47,274 nt of DNA, taken from assembly GCA_031409335.1 (NCBI GenBank), contig JANNWY010000021.1:1-47274 (forward strand). The letters run 5' to 3'. The notes below the pieces were generated by a model. The model worked only from the letters and a program-made list of their open reading frames with translations, had not been told where the DNA came from and ran no database searches. Source of the DNA: Chthoniobacteraceae bacterium (GTDB lineage: Bacteria; Verrucomicrobiota; Verrucomicrobiia; Chthoniobacterales; Chthoniobacteraceae). Positions 40,551-47,274 of this stretch are shown here, in pieces (position 1 is the first letter of the stretch; every line of letters begins with the position of its first letter). A program made the position numbers and the translations under genes.

Positions 40551-41097
40551 ATGGCCGACATCACCCTCCTCCTCGACGCCATCCAGCGCGGCGAACCCGA
40601 CGAACCCGGCGCGCTGCTCGCGCAGGTCTATGACGAGCTGCGCCAGCTCGCCCGCGCGAAGATGGCCCGCGAGCAGCCCGGCCAAACCCTCCAGCCGACC
40701 GCACTCGTTCACGAGGCGTGGCTCAAGCTCGGCGACCAGCGCTTTGAAAACCGCGCGCACTTTTTTGGCGCAGCCGCGGAGGCGATGCGCCGCATCCTCG
40801 TCGATCGCGCCCGGCACAAGCTCGCCGCGCGTCACGGCGGCGGGTTGGAGCGGGTCGATGTGGACGACATCGAGATCGCCGCGCCGGTCAAGCGGAGTGA
40901 TCGCCTGCTCGCCATCCACGAGGCGCTTGATCGCTTCGCCACCGAGGACCCGCAGAGGCCGAACTCGTGAACCTGCGTTTCTTTGCCGGCTCACGCTCGA
41001 TGAAGCTGCCGGCGTCCTCGGCCTCCCGGAGCGGACGGCGCAGCGGCACTGGGCCTACGCGAAGGCGTGGCTCTTCGAGGCGGTCCGCGGCGGATAG
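40551..41097 (+). pseudogene. ECF sigma factor (TIGR02999-like) with two 1-bp frameshifts
   Basis: TLQPTALVHEAWLKL, AEAMRRILVDRAR. Region 4 (ELVNLRFFAG, TLDEAAGVLG...AKAWL) is spread over frames, with shifts near 40956 and 40990. Confidence 0.85.
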
Positions 41098-41111
41098 CAC
41101 GGCGGTGGATT

Positions 41112-41276
41112 TCCGGGGAGCATACGCGTCCCGCGTGTTGGCGAAGTCGTCCCGCCTTTGTGGACTTTCCAAACACGTCGCTCGTGGAAAAGGACACGAA
41201 CTCCAAAATGGCGCGGAGTGAAGTTCGTTTCGGCGGGACGCCGAAACCAACACGCGGGACGCGTATGCTCCCCGGA
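41112..41276. repeat. REP-doublet-like element with 30-bp perfect inverted repeat
   Basis: tccggggagcatacgcgtcccgcgtgttgg (41112-41141) and its exact reverse complement (41247-41276). Confidence 0.92.
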
Positions 41277-41352
41277 TTCCGCGGCGCGCGATTTCCTGTA
41301 ATCACGCCGGAATTCTCCTGAGCAAGTGAATGGAACCAATCCATCTCACACC

Positions 41353-43131
41353 ATGAAACACCGCTCACTCCGCCTCGCTCTCGCAGCGTTTTTTTTCACC
41401 GGCGCGCTCCACGCGCAAGTCCCGCGACTGATCAATTACCAGGGCCGTGTCGCGGTCGATGCGGTTAATTTTGAAGGCGCGGGAGTTTTCAAATTCGCGC
41501 TCGTCAACGCAGCGGGCGACACCACGTTTTGGAGCAACGACGGGACGAGCACGATCGGGAACGAGCCGGCCTCGGGCGTCACCCTGCCGGTGAGCAAGGG
41601 TCTTTATTCGGTGCTACTCGGCGACATCAACGTGGCGGGAACGGTGGCCATCGATCCCGCGGTTTTCACGAATCCCGACGTGCGGCTGCGCGTGTGGTTC
41701 GACGATGGCGTGAATGGCGTGCAACTGCTCGCGCCCGATCAGCGGCTCGCTCCGGCGGCGTATCTTTCGGATGGCGCGGTGACGACGGCGAGCATCGCGG
41801 CGGGCGCGGTGACGGGCGCGGCGGTCGCGCCGGGGTCGCTGGATTTTAGTCATCTCACGGTGCCCGCGGTGCCGGGCGCGGGGCAGGTGCTTTCTTTCGA
41901 TGGCGCGACTTTGAATTGGGTCACACCGGGCGCGAGCGATGGCATTTGGGCGCTCAATGGGACGAGTGCTTTTTACAACGCGGGCAGCGTCGGCATCGGC
42001 ACGGGCAGCCCGACGGCGACGCTCGATGTGCGCGGTTTGCTGACGCTGGAGAACGGCGGCGATGCCGGCATTTTCACCGGCACGGGCGCGCTGGAAATGA
42101 ATCGCTACCTCGTCCTCATCAACTCGCCGTCGGTGCAGAGCGCGTCGGGCTTGAAAGCGGGCGGCGTCCTCGTTTCCGACAACTATGCCTTCGCGAACCC
42201 CTCGAAGAACAACTTGATCGTGAAAGGCAGCGTCGGCATCGGCACGCCCACGCCAGGCGCGAAGCTCACCGTGAAGACGCCGTCGGGCAGCGTCTTTAGC
42301 GCGTACGGCATCGAGCACACGGACGGCGACGTGCGCCTCACGTCTTACATCGGCGGCGGCGAGGCTTGGTTCGGCACCCGCAGTAATCATGCGCTCAACT
42401 TTTTCTACAACGACGGGCTACCGAGCATGACGATTGGTGGTGGCGGGGTTTCCATGGCTTCCAGCTCGGGATTCTTCACCGTCGGTTCGCCGAATGCGGA
42501 AAGCGGCGCGTCGATCCAGCGCGGAGGAAATCGCGGGGACATCCGCTTCGATGGCACGTCGCTCAAGCTGGTCGCCGGTCCCGGCAACGGCCCGCCCGGC
42601 TCGCTCTCGGGCATCGCTGTGAATCGGTCGGGCAATGTCGGCGTCGGCACGACCGACCCGCAGGCGAAGCTGCACGTCATCGGCACGACGCGGACTTCTG
42701 TGCTCACGATCACCGGCGGCGCGGATATCGCGGAGCCGTTTCCGATGAAAGAGGATGCGCTGGAAAAAGGCTCGGTGGTGGTGATCGACGACGCGCATCC
42801 GGGCCGCTTGAAGCGCAGCGTGTCGGCTTACGACAAGCGCGTGGCCGGCATCGTGAGCGGGGCGAATGGGATCAACGCGGGCATCTCGCTGCGGCAGGAG
42901 GGCGTGATGGATGAAGGGCAAAACGTGGCGCTCAGCGGGCGCGTGTATGTGCGCGCCGATGCAAGCGGCGGCGCGATCCAGCCGGGCGATATGCTGACGA
43001 CTTCGGACACGCCAGGCCATGCGATGAAGGCCGGCGATCCCGCTCGGGCGCAGGGCGCGGTGATTGGCAAAGCGATGAGTTCACTCGAAGAAGGGCGCGG
43101 GCTCGTGCTGGTGCTCGTCACTTTGCAATGA
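41353..43131 (+). CDS. Secreted fibre-like protein with GxVGIGT repeats and a C-terminal chaperone-like domain
   Basis: Signal peptide, QVPRLINYQGR, three G(S/N)VG(I/V)GTxxP repeats, GGADIAEPF...VALSGRVYV...IQPGDMLTTS...GKAM. Confidence 0.75.
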   Translation: MKHRSLRLALAAFFFTGALHAQVPRLINYQGRVAVDAVNFEGAGVFKFALVNAAGDTTFWSNDGTSTIGNEPASGVTLPVSKGLYSVLLGDINVAGTVAIDPAVFTNPDVRLRVWFDDGVNGVQLLAPDQRLAPAAYLSDGAVTTASIAAGAVTGAAVAPGSLDFSHLTVPAVPGAGQVLSFDGATLNWVTPGASDGIWALNGTSAFYNAGSVGIGTGSPTATLDVRGLLTLENGGDAGIFTGTGALEMNRYLVLINSPSVQSASGLKAGGVLVSDNYAFANPSKNNLIVKGSVGIGTPTPGAKLTVKTPSGSVFSAYGIEHTDGDVRLTSYIGGGEAWFGTRSNHALNFFYNDGLPSMTIGGGGVSMASSSGFFTVGSPNAESGASIQRGGNRGDIRFDGTSLKLVAGPGNGPPGSLSGIAVNRSGNVGVGTTDPQAKLHVIGTTRTSVLTITGGADIAEPFPMKEDALEKGSVVVIDDAHPGRLKRSVSAYDKRVAGIVSGANGINAGISLRQEGVMDEGQNVALSGRVYVRADASGGAIQPGDMLTTSDTPGHAMKAGDPARAQGAVIGKAMSSLEEGRGLVLVLVTLQ

Positions 43132-43147
43132 AACCGGAGAACGCATC

Positions 43148-44839
43148 ATGAAACGTCAGCTTTCGATTCAACTACTCATCGGCTTCGTTTTCGCGGTCGT
43201 CGCTTTTGCCCAGGCTCCTTTGCAACCGCGTCAGGCCATCGCGAAGCCTGCCAAAACTGTCGTCGATGCGAAGAAACACGACACGGAGCGCATCCATGTA
43301 AAATTCCGCGACGACATGCCGGTGCGTTTGCGCGAGGGGAAACTCGCCGCCGCAGGCGCGCAGGCGAACGCGCTGAGCGCCGCGACCGGCTTGCTCACCC
43401 GCCTCGCAGCAGGCGGAGCGAAGTGGGAGCGGCAGCACAGCGTCGCGGAGGAGAAACTCAACGAGATGCGGGCGAAGGCGCAGCGCAACACGGGCAAGGC
43501 GATGCCGGATTTGAACATTGCCTACATCCTGCGCGTGCCGAAAGGTCTGAGCTCCGCGCAGATCATCGACGAGCTGAACGCGCTCGACGCGGTGGAAATC
43601 GCGCAGCCCATGCTGCTCCCGCCGCCGGACCCGGTCGCGGGCAATTATCAGTCCGAGCAGGGCTACCTGAACGTCGCGCCCGGCGGAGTCGATGCGAACT
43701 ATGCGTGGACGCAACTCGCGGGCGCGGGCGGCAATGTCTGGATCGGCGACATCGAATCGAACTGGAACTTCAACCACACCGACCTCAACAATCCGACACT
43801 CATCGGACCTGCCTCGACATTGACCGCGCAGAACAACATCGACCACGGGACCGCCGTGCTCGGCATCCTCAACGCCCGCAACGACGGAATCGGGACGACG
43901 GGCATCGCTTACAACAGCACGATCTTCGTCGCCGCGCGGCGAACGGCCGCGGGCTACGATCCGGCGGCCGCCATCACCCGTATGACGGCGGTGCTGCGGG
44001 AAGGCGACATCATGATTCTCGAAATGCAGGCCGACGGGCCGCTGGACGCCGTCGATGGCATGGGCGCGGCCACCGATCTGGTGCCGATCGAGTGGGAGTC
44101 GGCGTCGTACGATGCCATCCGCCTGGCCGTGGGCATGGGCATCGTCGTCGTGGCCGCCGCCGGCAATGGCAACCAGAACCTCGACGATCCGATCTTTAAT
44201 ACCGGCCACGCGCCGTTCCTCGCCGCGAACGATTCGGGCGCGATCATCGTCGGCGCGGGAGGCGTCCCCGGCGGCAGCGACACCGATCGCGCGCGGCTCG
44301 GTTTCACGAGCTATGGCTCGACCGTCGATCTTCAGGGCTGGGGCGAAAACGTCGTCACCACCGGCTATGGCGACCGGTATTTGGCGGATGGGATGAACAG
44401 CTTTTACACGGCCACGTTCAACGGCACCTCCAGCGCCACGCCCACGGTCGCGGGCGCGTGCGCCGTGTTGCAGGCGCACTACAAGATCACGAATTTCGGA
44501 GCCGTCCTCTCGCCGCTGGAGATGCGCGAAATCCTGCGCGCGACCGGCTCGCCGCAAGTCGCCGGGGCGAATCCTGTCACCCAAAACATCGGCCCGCGGC
44601 CCAACCTGCGCGCGGCCCTGACCCTCGCCACCGGACAGACGAGATGGGTGGACTTCGCCTACTTTGGGACGGAGCTGGGCACCTTTCCGCAGCCCTTCAA
44701 CACGCTGCCCGAAGGCGTCAATGCCGTGCCGGTAGGTGGCAGCGTCTTTTTCAAAGGCGGGGCCAGCAACTGGACTGGAACCATCACCAAACAACTGAGC
44801 CTCAAAGCCTACGGAAGTCCCGTCACGCTCGGGCAATGA
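43148..44839 (+). CDS. S8 (subtilisin-like) serine protease
   Basis: Triad D (IGDIE), H (DHGTAVLG), S (FNGTSSATP), AAAGNG oxyanion motif, signal peptide and propeptide. Confidence 0.93.
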   Translation: MKRQLSIQLLIGFVFAVVAFAQAPLQPRQAIAKPAKTVVDAKKHDTERIHVKFRDDMPVRLREGKLAAAGAQANALSAATGLLTRLAAGGAKWERQHSVAEEKLNEMRAKAQRNTGKAMPDLNIAYILRVPKGLSSAQIIDELNALDAVEIAQPMLLPPPDPVAGNYQSEQGYLNVAPGGVDANYAWTQLAGAGGNVWIGDIESNWNFNHTDLNNPTLIGPASTLTAQNNIDHGTAVLGILNARNDGIGTTGIAYNSTIFVAARRTAAGYDPAAAITRMTAVLREGDIMILEMQADGPLDAVDGMGAATDLVPIEWESASYDAIRLAVGMGIVVVAAAGNGNQNLDDPIFNTGHAPFLAANDSGAIIVGAGGVPGGSDTDRARLGFTSYGSTVDLQGWGENVVTTGYGDRYLADGMNSFYTATFNGTSSATPTVAGACAVLQAHYKITNFGAVLSPLEMREILRATGSPQVAGANPVTQNIGPRPNLRAALTLATGQTRWVDFAYFGTELGTFPQPFNTLPEGVNAVPVGGSVFFKGGASNWTGTITKQLSLKAYGSPVTLGQ

Positions 44840-44861
44840 ACGCCGCCATTTTTCACTGCCC

Positions 44862-45767
44862 ATGAAAACTCCGCTCCTTCTCCTGCTGGCCGCGTTACCC
44901 GGATCCGCCATCGCGGCCCCACGCAGCAGCGCGAACTACTCGATCACCGCGGACACCATCGACGCCGCCGGGGCGCGCGCCATCAGCACGAACTACTCGA
45001 ACGCCGGCAGCGCGAGTTTGATCGCGGGCGTTTCCAGCGGTGCCGCGCCAGCGCAAATTGCGAAGCACGGCTACATCGCGCAGCTCTACGATGTGTCGGG
45101 TTTGCTGCTGAATTCCGCCGCTCCGGATGTGAATGAAACTGTGACGCTCCAACTCGCCGCGTGGCAGCTTCTCGACGACGCGACTTTCCTCGCGACCGAC
45201 GCGAACGCCGTGACGTGGAGCATCGCCAGCGGCCCGCTCACGAGCATCTCCGCGAGCGGCCTCGCGACTGCCGGGCTCGTTTTTGAAAACACACCCGCGA
45301 CCGTCGAGGGCGCGTTCGGCGGCTTCACCGGTGCGCTGAATTTCACCGTGCTCGACACCATCCCCGACAACTTCGGCGCGTATGCCGGCGATGGAATCAG
45401 CGACGACTGGCAGGTGCAGTTTTTCGGCCAAAACAACCCGCTCGCCGCGCCCGCGCTCGATCCCGACGGCGATGGCGCGAACAACATTTTCGAGTTCGCC
45501 GCCGGCCTTACCCCGAATGATCCCGCGTCCACATTTCACATGACGATCGCGCCCGTTCCCGGTCAGCCCGCGCGGAAACGGATCATCTTCAGTCCGCGTC
45601 TCGACGGCCGCACTTATGTGGTGAAATTCAAAAGCGATCTCCCCGGTGCGACGTGGGTGCCGCTGACCAGTTCCTCCTTCACCGACAACGGCGAGGAGCG
45701 CACTGTGACCGACCTGTCCGCGATCGGCCCGCGGCGATTCTATCAGCTCGAAATCACGAAGCCGTAA
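44862..45767 (+). CDS. Secreted hypothetical protein with Ig-like segment, DxDGDG Ca-binding motif and C-terminal FY domain
   Basis: Signal peptide, GDGISDDWQ...DPDGDGANNIFEF, ends RRFYQLEITKP. Confidence 0.8.
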   Translation: MKTPLLLLLAALPGSAIAAPRSSANYSITADTIDAAGARAISTNYSNAGSASLIAGVSSGAAPAQIAKHGYIAQLYDVSGLLLNSAAPDVNETVTLQLAAWQLLDDATFLATDANAVTWSIASGPLTSISASGLATAGLVFENTPATVEGAFGGFTGALNFTVLDTIPDNFGAYAGDGISDDWQVQFFGQNNPLAAPALDPDGDGANNIFEFAAGLTPNDPASTFHMTIAPVPGQPARKRIIFSPRLDGRTYVVKFKSDLPGATWVPLTSSSFTDNGEERTVTDLSAIGPRRFYQLEITKP

Positions 45768-45871
45768 CCTCGGACAAGGGCGCGCCCGAGGGCAGCCAGT
45801 CAACGATGTGGAACGCTGCGCGCTGCGAATGGCGCTGGTCTTCCCGCGGAAAGAGAGCAGCGTGAACGGTC

Positions 45872-46624
45872 ATGAAACCCGTCTTCGTCGCTGGCTTGCT
45901 CTGCGCGCTGTTCACCGCGGGTTGCGGCAAGGCAGCCACCCGTTCGCGTCGCGTGCAAACGACCAACGGGAAAACGTTCATCAGCGCCGACGCGAACGGG
46001 GTGACGCGCAAACTCGACGCGGCGTGCGAATTCTCGATCGACAAAGGCCGGCTGACCGCGCTCGCGAAGGGCGGCGTCCTCCGCCTGCAGGAGAGCGGCG
46101 GCTCCGAGGCGCGCGAGGCGGAATTACGCGAGAAGGACGGGACCAAGGAACTGTGGATCAAGAAGGGAGACACTTTCCGCGAGGCCACGGCGGCCGACGA
46201 TTTGTGGCTGCAAGGGTTTCTGGAGGCGCTGGGCGGTGAGAGGTCCATGTCCGTCGCTGGAGGCTCGTTCGTGATCACCGGAGGCAATGGGAGCGCGCCG
46301 AAGGAAGAGATCCTTGACGAAAACGCGACGGTGGCCGCAGTGCTCGCGCAGCTCAAGCGGCGCTCCTTTTCCCACGAAAGGCAGAAGGGGATGGTGGCGC
46401 TCCTGGCCAAACGGACTCTCGAGCCGCCGGATCAGGTTGCGGTAGTCGAGGCGGTCTTCGCGCAACTGGACTTCGGCCACGAACAAGTGGCTGTGCTAAA
46501 GAAGTTGATCGCTTCGCCAAACTTCTCGCCCGAGGCAAAAAAGGCGGTGATTCAGCGGATCGAACGACTCCCCTTCGATCACGAAAAGGTCGAAGTGCAA
46601 AAGGCGCTTCTTGAATTGAATTGA
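45872..46624 (+). CDS. Hypothetical lipoprotein
   Basis: Lipobox LFTAGC. Helical C-terminal repeats F(S/G/D)HE. Confidence 0.75.
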   Translation: MKPVFVAGLLCALFTAGCGKAATRSRRVQTTNGKTFISADANGVTRKLDAACEFSIDKGRLTALAKGGVLRLQESGGSEAREAELREKDGTKELWIKKGDTFREATAADDLWLQGFLEALGGERSMSVAGGSFVITGGNGSAPKEEILDENATVAAVLAQLKRRSFSHERQKGMVALLAKRTLEPPDQVAVVEAVFAQLDFGHEQVAVLKKLIASPNFSPEAKKAVIQRIERLPFDHEKVEVQKALLELN

Positions 46625-46629
46625 GGTGA

Positions 46630-46790
46630 GCGAGGCGCCGCGGAGGTGCTGGCGGATTTGGGTGAAAATCCACGGGTTGCGAATCGCGCCGCGCCCGATC
46701 ATCAGGCCGCGCGCGCCGGTTTGCGCGAGCACCTCTGCGGCACTTTTCGCGGAGTGGACGTTGCCATTCGCGAGCACGGGCCAGGGCAGC
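46630..46790 (-). pseudogene. dus: tRNA-dihydrouridine synthase internal fragment
   Basis: PVLANGNVHS...GARGLMIGRGAIRNPWIF, with no N-terminus. Confidence 0.8.
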
Positions 46791-46986
46791 CGCGCGGAAA
46801 CGGATCATCTTCAGCCGGCGTCTCAATGGTCGCGCTTACATCGTGCAAAGCCGCCTCACCGTCGCCGCGCCGCGGCAACCGCTCGGCTCAAACACCCAGA
46901 GCGATAATGGAAGCGAGCGCACGGTCACGGACCTCGACGCAGTGGGCGCGGGAAAATTCTACCGCATCGAAATCACGAAGCCGTGA
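46790..46986 (+). pseudogene. Orphan paralogous C-terminal domain of the 44862..45767 gene
   Basis: ARKRIIFSRRLNGRAYIVQSR...ERTVTDLDAVGAGKFYRIEITKP*. 25 bp identical to 45568-45592. Confidence 0.8.
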
Positions 46987-47070
46987 TTCCGCGCAGGGTG
47001 CTGCCGTGCCAAATGCGGGAACGGCGGGACGACGGCGTTCCCCCAGGGCCGACGCATCAAAACCAAAAGC

Positions 47071-47274
47071 TGTCATTTCGACCGGAGCGCAGGCGGAAAG
47101 GTGGGCGGAGCGTAGTGGAGAGCCGAGTTCGCGAGACGGCCCAGTGGAGACGTGGGGGCAAACCTCAAACTTTTCTTCGGGCCAGGCGGTGCGGAGCACA
47201 AACGTCCTGCGGCTCCGCCCCGCCTTCGCCCGCCCAAGAAAAGTTTGAGGTTTGCCCCCACGTCTCCACTGGGC
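47071..47274. repeat. Composite REP-like element ending in a 39-bp perfect inverted repeat at the window edge
   Basis: tgtcatttcgaccggagcg... start. Arms 47139-47177 and 47236-47274 are exact reverse complements. Confidence 0.8.

Noticed and set aside
41353..43131. Prophage tail gene
   Set aside because: It has a Sec signal peptide, and there are no capsid, terminase or integrase genes in the window.

Overview
GC-rich bacterial DNA whose gene content points to a Verrucomicrobia/PVC organism (inference from the families present). It carries a sulfatase, DUF1592/DUF1552 genes, two PEP-CTERM proteins, TIGR02999-like ECF sigma factors with a Ser/Thr kinase-WD40 partner, and a lamin-tail/CotH surface protein. 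The window is an accessory mosaic. It holds a carbohydrate/sulfatase and DUF1592-DUF1552-ankyrin run, several secreted surface proteins, a decayed IS1634, a C5-methyltransferase/DUF4928/vsr cassette, an amidohydrolase pair, several long REP-like palindromes and about ten orphan gene fragments. Three signals stand out. (1) Four tiny palindromic elements of two families (25, 40, 68, 92 bp) sit inside the IS1634 transposase, and removing each restores the local frame. (2) An exact TGGCCAG-N15-CCGCAT motif occurs on both sides of the ECF gene and is a candidate promoter. (3) A shared ~65-aa C-terminal 'FYR' domain ends several unrelated secreted proteins and is a candidate sorting signal. No rRNA, tRNA or CRISPR array was recognised. 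All family calls are by-eye motif recognition, not database results.
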